Source: a bacterium
GTDB taxonomy: Bacteria > UBA8248
NCBI GenBank assembly: GCA_965242545.1
Contig: OZ251456.1
Location: 21,146 to 85,145, forward strand
Direction: 5' to 3'
DNA: 64,000 nucleotides
Shown: positions 50,649 through 60,299 of the stretch, in pieces
Position numbering within the stretch: the stretch's first letter is position 1
Layout: the number at the start of each line of letters is the position of its first letter
Program-made: the position numbers and the translations under genes
Notes under the pieces: generated by a model
Database searches by the model: none
What the model was told of the DNA's origin: nothing
The model's input: only the letters and a program-made list of their open reading frames with translations

Positions 50649-51578
50649 ATGGTCGTGGACGACAGGGCGGCGACGCTCGATATGGAAATGGATGATGACA
50701 TGGAGCGCGGGCCGACCGATTTCCGGTTGGCCATGCAGGAGCTCAAGCGGCGGCCGCCGGCGATATTCGGCGCGCTGTTCGTCGGCATCGTCATCATCTT
50801 CGCCCTCGCGCCGGAGCTGTTCTCCCCGCTGGATCCGCTCTCCCAGGATTTGGGACGGTATCTCAAGGCGCCCGGCTACGTGGACAAGGCGGGCGACGTC
50901 TATTGGCTGGGCACGGACCAGCAGGGCCGGGACATCCTGAGCCGCATCATCTGGGGTTCGCGCATCTCGCTCATCGTCGGCATCGCCGCCGTCCTAGTGA
51001 GCGGGCTCATCGGCATCACCGTCGGCATTTTCGCGGGCTATTTCGGCGGGTGGGTGGACACCGTCATCAGCCGCATCATCGACACGGCGCTGGCGGTTCC
51101 CTTCATCCTGCTGGCCATCAGCCTGGTGGCGATTTTGGGGCCGAGCCTGCAGAACATCGTCCTCGTCATCGCGCTGAGGACCTGGCTGGTCTATGCGCGA
51201 GTGGTTCGCGCGGAGGTTCTCTCCATCAAGGAAAACGAATTCATCACCGGAGCGCAGGCCACCGGCTGCGGCACGCTGCGGATTCTGTTCGTCTATCTTT
51301 TCCCGAACGTCGCCTCGACAACCATCGTCATCGCCACGCTCTACCTGGGCCGGATGATCATCATCGAATCCGCTCTCTCCTTCCTGGGCCTGGGCGTGCC
51401 GCCCCCCACGCCTACGTGGGGCGGGATGCTCGCCGACGGCAGGAGCTTCCTCGATACGGCCTGGTGGATCGCGCTCTTCCCGGGCCTCATTCTGATGCTC
51501 ACGGTCCTGAGCGTGAATCTTCTGGGCGACTGGCTGCGCGACGTGCTCGACCCGAGGATGAAGCGTCTCGCCGAGTAG
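50649..51578 (+). CDS. ABC transporter permease (DppC/OppC-like)
   Basis: Polytopic protein with an EAA-like motif. Confidence 0.75.
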   Translation: MVVDDRAATLDMEMDDDMERGPTDFRLAMQELKRRPPAIFGALFVGIVIIFALAPELFSPLDPLSQDLGRYLKAPGYVDKAGDVYWLGTDQQGRDILSRIIWGSRISLIVGIAAVLVSGLIGITVGIFAGYFGGWVDTVISRIIDTALAVPFILLAISLVAILGPSLQNIVLVIALRTWLVYARVVRAEVLSIKENEFITGAQATGCGTLRILFVYLFPNVASTTIVIATLYLGRMIIIESALSFLGLGVPPPTPTWGGMLADGRSFLDTAWWIALFPGLILMLTVLSVNLLGDWLRDVLDPRMKRLAE

Positions 51579-51602
51579 CCCCCAGAGCGGGAGGCCGCCC
51601 CC

Positions 51603-52595
51603 ATGCTGAATTCCGATGTTCCCCGGAGCGTCCTCGTGCGCGACGTCGTGATGCGCGACGGCATCCAGAACCTCAGGCAGGTCCTGCCCACGGATCTGAA
51701 GGTCGCCATCATCGAGGGCCTTGCCGACGCGGGCGTTCGCCGCATCGAGGCGACGAGCTTCATGAACCCCGGGGCGGTGCCCGCCACCGCGGACGCCGAG
51801 GAGGTGATGCGCCGCATCAGGAGAAAGCCGGGCGTCAGGTATGAGGCGCTGGTCGCCAACCGGCGCGGCGCGCGCCGGGCGGCGGACGCCGGGTGCGATG
51901 GAATTCAGCAGGTCGTCTCCCTCACGGACGTCCACAACCGCGCGAACGTGAACCGATCGGGCAAGCAGAGCCTGGAGGAGATGCGCGAGGTCGCCGGAAT
52001 CGTGAAGGGCGCGGGGATTCCCTTCAGCGGGGCGATCAGCCTCGCAACGGGGTGTCCCTATACCGGGCGCGTGGCGGAGCGGGCGGTATATGATCTGGCG
52101 GAGAAATACGACGAACTGGGCGTGGACGAGGTGTTTTTGTGCGATTCGATGGGAATGGGCGATCCCGCGCGGATGGCGCGCATGGTGAGCGAGCTCAGGC
52201 GCCGCTGGCCGCGCAAGGGGCTGGTCGTTCACATTCACAACACGCGCGGGATGGGGCTCGCCAACGCCCTGGCCTCGATGCAGGCGGGCGCGGGCGTCCT
52301 TGATGCCTCGCTCGGCGGCATCGGGGGGTGCCCTTTCGCGCCGGGGGCTTCCGGAAACGTCTCGACGGAGGACTTGGCCCACATGCTCTGGCTGATGGAG
52401 GTGGAAACGGGCCTTGACGTGGACGCTCTCATCCGCCTGGCGGAAAAGCTGGCGAACGCCCTGGACGCGCCTTTGCACGGCGCGGTGCTCAAGGCGGGCA
52501 AGAGTTTCACGAAGACGCCGATACCCGAGGGCCTCCTCGTGAACGAGGACGCCCGCACCACCCAGGCGGTGGACGCGCTGGCCGAGCGGATATAA
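51603..52595 (+). CDS. hydroxymethylglutaryl-CoA lyase-like (HMGL family)
   Basis: ...VRDVVMRDGIQN... and the TIM-barrel DRE-TIM metallolyase motifs. Confidence 0.75.
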   Translation: MLNSDVPRSVLVRDVVMRDGIQNLRQVLPTDLKVAIIEGLADAGVRRIEATSFMNPGAVPATADAEEVMRRIRRKPGVRYEALVANRRGARRAADAGCDGIQQVVSLTDVHNRANVNRSGKQSLEEMREVAGIVKGAGIPFSGAISLATGCPYTGRVAERAVYDLAEKYDELGVDEVFLCDSMGMGDPARMARMVSELRRRWPRKGLVVHIHNTRGMGLANALASMQAGAGVLDASLGGIGGCPFAPGASGNVSTEDLAHMLWLMEVETGLDVDALIRLAEKLANALDAPLHGAVLKAGKSFTKTPIPEGLLVNEDARTTQAVDALAERI

Positions 52596-52683
52596 GAAGA
52601 GCGCGGCGCGGCGACGCTCTCCCCGGGGGCGCTTCGGGCCGGTTTCCGCGCGTCGGTCCAAGGGAAGCGTTCGCCCTCGTCCG

Positions 52684-53895
52684 TCAGCCCAGTTCGATTC
52701 CCTCGCTTTCGAGCTTCTCCTCCGAATAGCCCAGGCGATCCGCCAGTATCTCCCGGTTGCTTCTTCCCAGCGGCTCGCCCGCGTGGCGGATTTCACCCGG
52801 CGTGCGCGAGAGTTTGCCGAAGACCTCCTGCATCCTCACGGGGCCGCCGAGCTCCTCGTCCTCCACGGTCACGATGTTCCCGCGCGCGGCGACCTGCTCG
52901 TTTTCCACCACCATCTTCACGTTGTTGATGGGAGTGGCCGCGCCCTCGAACGCCGTCAGGCGCGCCATCACTTCCTCGAGCGTGAGCGCCGCAATGGTCT
53001 TCTGGAGTTCGCCTTCAAGCGCGTCGGGGTTCTTCATGCGCTCGCGGTTGTTCAAGAACCTTGGATCCGCGATGAGATCCTCGCGCCCGAGGCCCTTGCA
53101 GATGTTCTCGAAGATCGACTGGTTCGAGCCCGCGATAAGCACCCACTGATCGTCGGCGGTGCGAAAGTTGTTTCTGGGCACGGCGAATTCGAGGCGTGAG
53201 CCGCTTCTGCCCTGGATGAAGCCGAGCTGGTCGTAGTAGATCACCTGGGGCCCCAGCATGGTGAGCAGCTGCTCGTAGATCGCCAGGTCTATCTGCTGGC
53301 CCAGGCCTCCTCTTTTTTCACGCTCGAACAGGGCGATCATCACCAGGAAGGCGGCGGCGATGCCCGTGGAGCAGTCGCCCAGCCCCCAGGAAGGGCTCAG
53401 GGGCGGGCCGTCCGCGTGGCCGTTGATGTGGCTGAAGCCCGCGAAGGCCTCCGCCAAGGAGCCGAAGCCCGGGCGGTTTTTGTAGGGGCCCGTTCTGCCG
53501 AAGCCCGTGATGGAGAGCATGATGACGGCGGGGTTCACCTCCTTGAGCGCGTCGTAGTCGAGTCCCCATTTTTGAAGGACGCCGGTGCGGTAGTTCTCCA
53601 CCACCACGTCGGCTTCCTCCACGAGCCGCTTCGCCGCCTCGACGCCGAATGGCGTTCTGAGGTCCAGTGTCACGCTTTTCTTGTTGCGGTTGATCATCTT
53701 GTGGTAGAGGCCCACGCCGTTTTTGTGATGGCCCCAGAGGCGCATGGGGTCTCCGCCCTTCGGGTTTTCGATCTTGACGATCTCGGCGCCGTAGTCGGCC
53801 AGATACATGGTCGCCAGCGGTCCCGCCAGATAGTTCGAGATGTCCACGACCTTCACCCCCGCCAGGGGCGGGTGCGCCTCCGCCGAATCATTCAT
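52684..53895 (-). CDS. CaiB/BaiF family (class III) CoA-transferase
   Basis: ...GVKVVDISNYLAGPLATMYLADYGAEIVKIE... is the family signature. Confidence 0.8.
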   Translation of the reverse strand: MNDSAEAHPPLAGVKVVDISNYLAGPLATMYLADYGAEIVKIENPKGGDPMRLWGHHKNGVGLYHKMINRNKKSVTLDLRTPFGVEAAKRLVEEADVVVENYRTGVLQKWGLDYDALKEVNPAVIMLSITGFGRTGPYKNRPGFGSLAEAFAGFSHINGHADGPPLSPSWGLGDCSTGIAAAFLVMIALFEREKRGGLGQQIDLAIYEQLLTMLGPQVIYYDQLGFIQGRSGSRLEFAVPRNNFRTADDQWVLIAGSNQSIFENICKGLGREDLIADPRFLNNRERMKNPDALEGELQKTIAALTLEEVMARLTAFEGAATPINNVKMVVENEQVAARGNIVTVEDEELGGPVRMQEVFGKLSRTPGEIRHAGEPLGRSNREILADRLGYSEEKLESEGIELG

Positions 53896-53998
53896 GGAGA
53901 ATCCTCTGTCCGGGTTTTCGCGTGTTCACGAAGCGGGGGGAATGCTATCATCCGGCTTGTTCCATGAAAATCGACGAGGCTTTGTCGTGGAGAAAACC

Positions 53999-54368
53999 AT
54001 GGGCTATCGCGGAATGCACGTCGTGGACTCCGACGCGCACTATCTCGAGGAAATTCGGGATTTCGCCAAATATCTGAAAGGCCCCGCCGTCGAGCGCTTC
54101 GCCGACTGGAGCGGGCGATACCACATGCCTGCCCTGGTGGGGGAGCAATACGACGTCATGCTCCACGGCCGCACGGTGCGTGGGCGCCGACGGCAGGGTG
54201 GAGGAGCACTACGCGCGCGAGGAGGCGGACGTCATCGTCTGCCCCATGCACGGCTGGGAGTTCGAGGTCAGGACGGGGGAATGCCTCGCCAACCGCAGGC
54301 GAAAAGCGCGGCGCTTTCCCGTGGAAACGAACGGGGAGGACATTTACGTCATCCTGCCGGGAAGGTGA
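53999..54368 (+). pseudogene. fused gene remnants: amidohydrolase N-terminal fragment joined to a Rieske [2Fe-2S] C-terminal fragment
   Basis: Frame 1 reads MGYRGMHVVDSDAHYLEEIRDF..., an amidohydrolase-like N-terminus of only ~60 aa. Frame 2 reads ...VIVCPMHGWEFEVRTGECLANRRRKARRFPVETNGEDIYVILPGR*, a Rieske second Cys/His box plus C-terminus with no first box. Neither fragment is full length. Confidence 0.5.
54303..54368 (+). repeat. direct repeat copy 1 (island boundary, att-like)
   Basis: GCGCGGCGCTTTCCCGTGGAAACG-AACGGGGAGGACATTTACGTCATCC. It is repeated at 57716-57775 as GCGCGGCGCTTTCCCGTGGAAACGGGCGGAGAGGACATTTACTTCATCC. Confidence 0.7.
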
Positions 54369-54440
54369 GGGGGTGAATCGGGGTGGTGAAAGATCCATCA
54401 CCGATCTTCAAATTGCGAATAAGGATAGGATAGAAGAAAC

Positions 54441-55607
54441 GTGTCTCTGGCGAATCTGGACAGGGAAGCGCTCCGTAAAAAGGTGATGGAGGCTTACGAT
54501 GCGGATAACCCCCATCTCCAGCGGTTCCGGGAACATGCGCGCCGTCTCCGGGACGGAGTGAAGCCGCTTCGCGCATATTCAGCGCACGCGGTCTCGTCGG
54601 TCTCTGCGGATGGCGGCGACAATCGCCTCACGTTTAATCCGGTAGTTGTTGAACTCATCCGGGTTGTGGATTCGCGAGGTATGGAGTGCGTACTTGATGT
54701 CGTCGCCAGCACCAGCACTTTGAAAGAACTGGGAGGGCGCGCCGAGCCGGGATCGGAACATGGAAATCCTCCCTTGCAGCGACTAGCCCAGGATACCGGA
54801 AGGACGCTCGAATATATGGCGTCAAACCTCATCAGAGGCATCGGGACTCCGGGCGGAAGCACCACGGCGATGCGCTGTTACCGCGACATCGTTGAGTGGG
54901 CCGTGCTTTACGATTTTGTTGCGAACCCCAATCTTCAATTGGGTAACGATACAATTCTGGTGCGAGACGGCCTTCTCCGAACCAAGTCCTTCTCGCGGGA
55001 CATGTTCCCTTTGCTGGATGAAAAGATCCGTGGCGGCGTAGCCGCGCACGCGCAAAAAAACGTGCGACTCTCAATCGTGGGCGTAGCGAAGCAAAGCGCC
55101 GTTCTCGGACGACTTGCGGTCGCTCTTGAGCTGGAAGCGACGTTTCACAAGGATTACCCATGCTACGTTCGCGTCGATCGGGACATAGAGAAAGAGTGCT
55201 ACGATTTCGACAGCTCTTGGTTTGAGACGTACGAAACAACAGAGGAAGACAACGCCGGCCGCCGGTTGTACCAATCTCTGGGGCGTCTCCATCTTGTGAA
55301 GTTCGGGGACAGTCCAATGGATCCGGTCTGGCCTGTTGATATCGCTGAATGGCAGGTGGGGGGCGCCGACCGCATTCTGGGGCAACTAATGGCCGACGCC
55401 CAAGAAGGCTTCCCCATCCCCGATTACCCGATGTGCATTCAGCGAGCGCATAACTATGCGAAAATATCGGGTCTCGAAGTCCAGGACCTACAGGATATGC
55501 TTTTCCAAGGATTGTGCAGCAAACTTACAAATGAAGAGTCCGAGCGTCTCCTTCGCATGAAGCACTTGGGGCAAACGCTGGCGGATCTCAGATACAGGGA
55601 AGCCTGA
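54441..55607 (+). CDS. NurA-like nuclease (RNase-H-fold) partner of the HerA-like ATPase
   Basis: 388 aa. The motifs VSADGGDNRL (~aa 55) and TILVRDGLL (~aa 175) resemble NurA DGS-type catalytic motifs. It is immediately upstream and co-directional with a HerA-like ATPase, and lies in lower-GC sequence. Confidence 0.4.
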   Translation: MSLANLDREALRKKVMEAYDADNPHLQRFREHARRLRDGVKPLRAYSAHAVSSVSADGGDNRLTFNPVVVELIRVVDSRGMECVLDVVASTSTLKELGGRAEPGSEHGNPPLQRLAQDTGRTLEYMASNLIRGIGTPGGSTTAMRCYRDIVEWAVLYDFVANPNLQLGNDTILVRDGLLRTKSFSRDMFPLLDEKIRGGVAAHAQKNVRLSIVGVAKQSAVLGRLAVALELEATFHKDYPCYVRVDRDIEKECYDFDSSWFETYETTEEDNAGRRLYQSLGRLHLVKFGDSPMDPVWPVDIAEWQVGGADRILGQLMADAQEGFPIPDYPMCIQRAHNYAKISGLEVQDLQDMLFQGLCSKLTNEESERLLRMKHLGQTLADLRYREA

Positions 55608-55711
55608 AAAAATGCTGTTTTCGAAACGCGCGCATCGTTGGAGCGTTCAAGGGCTTTAATGAGCGCGGCTTTGAGTTTGCGGCTGAAATTATTGCCCCGT
55701 ACGACGCTGGA

Positions 55712-57679
55712 ATGCTTGATCGTCCTCAACTCGGCCAGTTCCTTCTTGTTGAGCTCGGCTCACGGGAAGAGGCCGCGCTCGGACGCATAACGCGCCTCGT
55801 TCCTTCCGGGCTGCTGACGACGCCGGAAGGTGAAGACTACATCACTACGATGCAGCGCAGGCAGCAAGAGGTGCCCGAAGACCTGAAGCAACAGCGCCTG
55901 AAGTATCGCGTTCAGGTAAAACTGCTTGGGGCTGCGCGCGCAAGCGGAAGCGAAATCATCTATGTTCCATCACAGCGGAGACTGCCGCATCTCGGCGCGC
56001 GCGTCGCGTTGCCCAGCGATCTGGTTTTGCGGGAACTATGCAAACTGAGCCAGGGAGAAACGGAGCTGGGGTCATACGTGTTGGGCGAATTCGTATTCTG
56101 CGGCGCTAGTCATAGACAGCGCCAGCGCGAACTGCTCTCTTTGGATCCTCGCCTTCAGGTTACCTTTGACATCAAAAACCTTGTGTCCCGCCGTTCTGTC
56201 GTTTTCGCGCGCGCGGGCTACGGGAAGTCCAATCTCGTCAAGTTTCTTGTCGCCGAGTTATACAAGACGCAGCCGACGACGGGGAGCGGCCGCCCCGTCG
56301 GCACGCTGATTTTCGATCCCGATGGCGAGTATTTCTGGCCTGACCGCGTTGCGGATCGCTCGGGGCTGTGCGATGTGCCGCACCTGAAGGATCGGCTTAT
56401 CGTGTTCACCAACCGGCCAGCGCCAAATCCATACTATGGCAGCTGGAAGGCCGGCGAAGTGAAGCTAGACATCCGAGATATCGCCCCGCGTGACGTGATC
56501 GGCATTGCGATTCCTTCCGACCGCCAAACCCAGCAGAACGTGCTCAAGCTAAAGAGCGTTTCACGCCCAAACTGGCGCGAACTCGTCGATCTGATCCATG
56601 GAGAAGGACTTCGGGCCGAGGACGATGAAATCGGAAAACTTCTTGGCTATGCAGGACCTCAAATCTCGAACGCGGGGGCCGAAATCGCGGCGGCTCGCAG
56701 CAACATGTTCAACGTTGTGCGTACCCTCCACGATCCTGCCAGCAAGTTGCTGGCGAGGACGCTCCGCGCTCTGGCCAAAGGCCAGGTTGTCATAATCGAC
56801 ATCAGCTTGTTGAGTTCGGGTACCGGCAACATGCTTGCCGGTCTGCTTCTCAGGCGGATTTTCTCGCATAACCAGGAGAACTTTACAGGCGGGAATCCCG
56901 TAATCCCCGCCGTCGCCATCGTAGAGGAGGCGCAGAGCGTTCTCGGCCGCCGTCTGGACGATACCAGCCCTTATGTCGAATGGGTAAAGGAAGGGCGCAA
57001 GTACGATCTCGGAGCCATGCTCGTTACGCAGCAGCCTAGCGCGCTGGCGCCCGAATTGCTCAGTCAGGCGGACAACTGGTTTTGTTTCCATCTGCTCTCC
57101 GAAGGCGATGCCGAAGCGCTTGGAAAGTACAACTCCCACTATTCATCGGACATTCTCGCTCATCTCATCGCGGAGCCTATCCCCGGCAATTGCTACATGT
57201 GGAGCGCACCGCATCAGCCCTTCGTGCTTCCGGTTCGATTGCGAGACTTCGGCGAAATCTATGGGGACAACATACGGAAAGAAGATGATGCGTCGCCCAT
57301 AGAAAAAACCGGGACTCAGGAAGTTATCAAGGAGCAGTCGGACGCGATGGCCCGCATCAGAGATTGCGTCCGGGAGCAACTGAAAGAAAATCGCACAGAT
57401 AGAGGCTTTCCGATTAAATACTATAGAATACCTGATGCGCTTCCCGAAGGCAGGGAGGGGGTTGGGATCAAAGATGGCCAACTGTACTACCTCATCAAAG
57501 CCTGCAAATCTCCCGAAGATCCCCACACGGAAGATGAGTTGAAACGCCCAATTCTCGAGCTGTTGCTTGGAGAAGGAATCTTATGGGTCAAAAAGCATGA
57601 GAATGCGGATTACTACTGCGCCGCCCCGGAAGATTGGGAGCGCGTGATCGGAAAGAAGCCGACCCTTTCGGATCCATAA
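55712..57679 (+). CDS. HerA/FtsK-like P-loop ATPase (DUF87-type)
   Basis: Walker A FARAGYGKSNLVKF, Walker B plus catalytic Glu VAIVEEAQSV, and sensor LVTQQP. 655 aa. The size and motifs fit HerA-family translocases. Confidence 0.6.
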   Translation: MLDRPQLGQFLLVELGSREEAALGRITRLVPSGLLTTPEGEDYITTMQRRQQEVPEDLKQQRLKYRVQVKLLGAARASGSEIIYVPSQRRLPHLGARVALPSDLVLRELCKLSQGETELGSYVLGEFVFCGASHRQRQRELLSLDPRLQVTFDIKNLVSRRSVVFARAGYGKSNLVKFLVAELYKTQPTTGSGRPVGTLIFDPDGEYFWPDRVADRSGLCDVPHLKDRLIVFTNRPAPNPYYGSWKAGEVKLDIRDIAPRDVIGIAIPSDRQTQQNVLKLKSVSRPNWRELVDLIHGEGLRAEDDEIGKLLGYAGPQISNAGAEIAAARSNMFNVVRTLHDPASKLLARTLRALAKGQVVIIDISLLSSGTGNMLAGLLLRRIFSHNQENFTGGNPVIPAVAIVEEAQSVLGRRLDDTSPYVEWVKEGRKYDLGAMLVTQQPSALAPELLSQADNWFCFHLLSEGDAEALGKYNSHYSSDILAHLIAEPIPGNCYMWSAPHQPFVLPVRLRDFGEIYGDNIRKEDDASPIEKTGTQEVIKEQSDAMARIRDCVREQLKENRTDRGFPIKYYRIPDALPEGREGVGIKDGQLYYLIKACKSPEDPHTEDELKRPILELLLGEGILWVKKHENADYYCAAPEDWERVIGKKPTLSDP

Positions 57680-57715
57680 CGCTTGGCGCTCTATATGTCT
57701 CCTCGCTCGTTTGAC

Positions 57716-57775
57716 GGGCGCGGCGCTTTCCCGTGGAAACGGGCGGAGAGGACATTTACTTCATCCCGTCCGTCG
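57716..57775 (+). repeat. direct repeat copy 2 (island boundary)
   Basis: See 54303..54368. It duplicates the Rieske 3-prime coding end but without a proper stop. Confidence 0.7.
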
Positions 57776-57801
57776 AACAAATATCGAATCCCCAAAGCCC
57801 G

Positions 57802-58605
57802 TCAGCTCCCCCTGAAATTCGGCTTGCGCTTTTCGTGAAAGGCCTCGACGCCCTCCCGAAAATCGTCCGACTGGCGTAGCCTCGCGTAGCAGTGCCCCTC
57901 CAACTCGATGGCGGCGGAGAGGAGCGCATCCTCGGTTTCGTTGAGCAGGCGCTTGGCCGTGCGCTGCGCCAGAGGCGCGAACCCGCGCAACTCGGCGACC
58001 AGGGCGTCCGTGGCCTTTTCGAGCTCATCGTCCGGGACGACCTCCGAGACGATGCCCCATTCATGCGCCTGCCTGCCGGTGATGCGCTTCGAGCGCATGA
58101 TGATGTTTTTCGTTCGCGTGACGCCGATCATCTTTTGCAGGCGCGCCGAGCCGCCGGAGCCGGGAATCTGCCCCAAGCGCTGTTCGGGGAGGGCGTAAAG
58201 CGTCGTCTCCGAGGCGACGCGGAAGTCGCAGGCGAGCGAGACCTCGAAGCCGACGCCGAAGCAATAGCCGCGATTGGCGGCGACGACGGGCTTCTCGCAC
58301 CTCGCCGGCGCAGCGATGTTGGCGGCCAGTTTCGAGACGTGTTCGGGCGAGGCTTCCAGGAAGCCTCGGATGAATCCGCCGGAGGAGAAGTTCGGGCCGA
58401 GGGCGCGCAGCACGATCACCCGCACCCGATCATCTTGGTCGAGGTTCTCGAACGCGGCGCGCATCTCCTCGCGCTGCCCCATCGAGATGGTGTTCATGTC
58501 GCCTCGGTCGAGAATGACGTCGCCGCGCTCTCGCCCGGCGTCCACCTCGACCGTGAAGCCGTCGAAACTCGCGCCGCTCATATCTTCCGCGCCCCCGCTC
58601 GCCAA
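57802..58605 (-). CDS. enoyl-CoA hydratase/isomerase family protein
   Basis: Crotonase fold motifs (...ANRGYCFGVGFEVSLACDFRVAS...). Confidence 0.8.
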   Translation of the reverse strand: MASGGAEDMSGASFDGFTVEVDAGRERGDVILDRGDMNTISMGQREEMRAAFENLDQDDRVRVIVLRALGPNFSSGGFIRGFLEASPEHVSKLAANIAAPARCEKPVVAANRGYCFGVGFEVSLACDFRVASETTLYALPEQRLGQIPGSGGSARLQKMIGVTRTKNIIMRSKRITGRQAHEWGIVSEVVPDDELEKATDALVAELRGFAPLAQRTAKRLLNETEDALLSAAIELEGHCYARLRQSDDFREGVEAFHEKRKPNFRGS

Positions 58606-58668
58606 GTCGGTTCCTCCCGTCTTGATTCTCTCGCTTCGCGCACCCTTCCGGCGTGCGTGGCGGCGCCG

Positions 58669-60285
58669 CTACTCGACGGACGCCGTTTCCAGCAGTCGCT
58701 TCTTGTCGATCTTGCCGCCGCCGACGCGGGGAAGCTCGCTCAGTTGAATGAACCGCGCCGGTATCTTGTAGGTGGCGAGGCCGCCCGCGCGCAAAACGTC
58801 GATCAGGGCTTCCGGGCGAAGCGTCTTTCCTTCGCGCGCCTGAAAAAAGGCCCAGGGCGTCTCACCGTATTCGGGGTCGGGCGCGGCGACGACGGCGCAC
58901 TGGAATATGTCGGGGTGCTTTGCGATTTCCCGTTCGACCTCGATCGGCAATATCTTCTGGCCGCTGCGGTTGATGACTTCCTTGCTGCGGCCCAGCAACG
59001 TCAGGCGGCCGTCTCCGTCAAGGCTCGCGACGTCGCCGGTCGCGCACCAGCCTTCCGACCAGACCGCCCGCGTGGCTTCCGGATCGTTCCAGTAGCCGGA
59101 GGAAGCGTAGGGCGCGGAAATTTTGAGGAGGCCGGCCTTTCCCGGGGGAAGCGCCTCTCCGTTCTCGTCCTCGATTCGCAGGCGGCATCCCGGATGCGGC
59201 ATGCCGACGCCGCCGCCCAGCCGGAGCGCGGCCGGCTCCTTGACGTCCGCGTGCGCGAAGCCGGGGCATTCCATGCTTCCCGCCGCGACCACGACGCGGC
59301 AGTTGGTCCGGCTTTCGAGTCGGCGCGCCGCGTCGAGGTCCGCCGCAGCGGTACCCACCCGGAGGGCGCGCAGCGAACTCAGGTCGAACGAGGCAAGATC
59401 TTCCTCCGCCAGCCGGGCGAGGATGACGGGGACCGTCGTCGCCACCGTGATCTTCTCGTCTTCCATGAGCTGGAGCAGGGCGCGCGCATTGTAGGCGTCG
59501 GGAAAAGTGAAGGCGCAGGGCGCGGCGCCCGACGCCACCCAGACCAGCAGTCCGGCGCCCCCCGCCATCGGCGCGAATACGCCGACGTTGTCGTCTTCGC
59601 CGATGTTCAACCGCGCGGCGTTGGCGCGGCCGAGGCACATCTGCGCCCCTTCCGGCCATTCGCACAGTTTGGGGAGGCCGCTGGAGCCGCTTGAGACCGT
59701 GATCAGGGAAACTTCATCAAACCGGAAGCGTCGGGCGGCGATCTGATCGATCCCCTCGGCGTCTTGCGGGGTTTTCGTCAGCTCCGCCCAAGGCAGCCAT
59801 CCATCGGGCGGCTTCCTCGACAGGCCGACGCGCAGGACGAGCTCGACCCGGCCGTCGGGTGCCTCTTCCAGCCAGTCCGCCTGCCCGTCGTCCATGGATT
59901 CGGGCGAGATGAAAACGGCGGCGGGGTCGAGCTGCCGGCGGGCGTGGGCGAGTTCCTTGCGCCGCCATTGCATGGGGGCGAAGCAGCCGATGACTCCGGC
60001 TTTCTTGAGAGCGATTCGGAGGATCATCTCGCGGTTGGAGGAGGGCATCTGCACGAGGGCGCGGGCGCCGCGCCCGATCCCCCGGGCGATCAGATTCGCG
60101 GCGATGCGCTCGGTGAGATGCTCCAGCTCCCGCCAGGTGAACTCCCGTTCCGAATCGCGGCAGGCGACCTTCCCGGGAAAGTCCCGCGCATAGGCGGCGT
60201 ATCGCTCGACCATCGTCACGCGCGACCAATGCCCGGCCGCGAGATAACCCTCGATTTTTTCCTGATCGAGAAGGAACGGCTTCAT
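58669..60285 (-). CDS. AMP-dependent acyl-CoA synthetase/ligase
   Basis: Start MKPFLLDQEK at 60285. Has the AMP-binding motif TSGSSGLPK-like (VSSGSSGLPKL) and a C-terminal GGKIDKKRL. Confidence 0.8.
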   Translation of the reverse strand: MKPFLLDQEKIEGYLAAGHWSRVTMVERYAAYARDFPGKVACRDSEREFTWRELEHLTERIAANLIARGIGRGARALVQMPSSNREMILRIALKKAGVIGCFAPMQWRRKELAHARRQLDPAAVFISPESMDDGQADWLEEAPDGRVELVLRVGLSRKPPDGWLPWAELTKTPQDAEGIDQIAARRFRFDEVSLITVSSGSSGLPKLCEWPEGAQMCLGRANAARLNIGEDDNVGVFAPMAGGAGLLVWVASGAAPCAFTFPDAYNARALLQLMEDEKITVATTVPVILARLAEEDLASFDLSSLRALRVGTAAADLDAARRLESRTNCRVVVAAGSMECPGFAHADVKEPAALRLGGGVGMPHPGCRLRIEDENGEALPPGKAGLLKISAPYASSGYWNDPEATRAVWSEGWCATGDVASLDGDGRLTLLGRSKEVINRSGQKILPIEVEREIAKHPDIFQCAVVAAPDPEYGETPWAFFQAREGKTLRPEALIDVLRAGGLATYKIPARFIQLSELPRVGGGKIDKKRLLETASVE

Positions 60286-60299
60286 GCCCGGCTCTCCGG

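Noticed and set aside
55611-55660. ATG at 55612 as an alternative upstream start for the HerA-like gene
   Set aside because: Out of frame and hits a TAA after 16 codons. ATG 55712 is retained.
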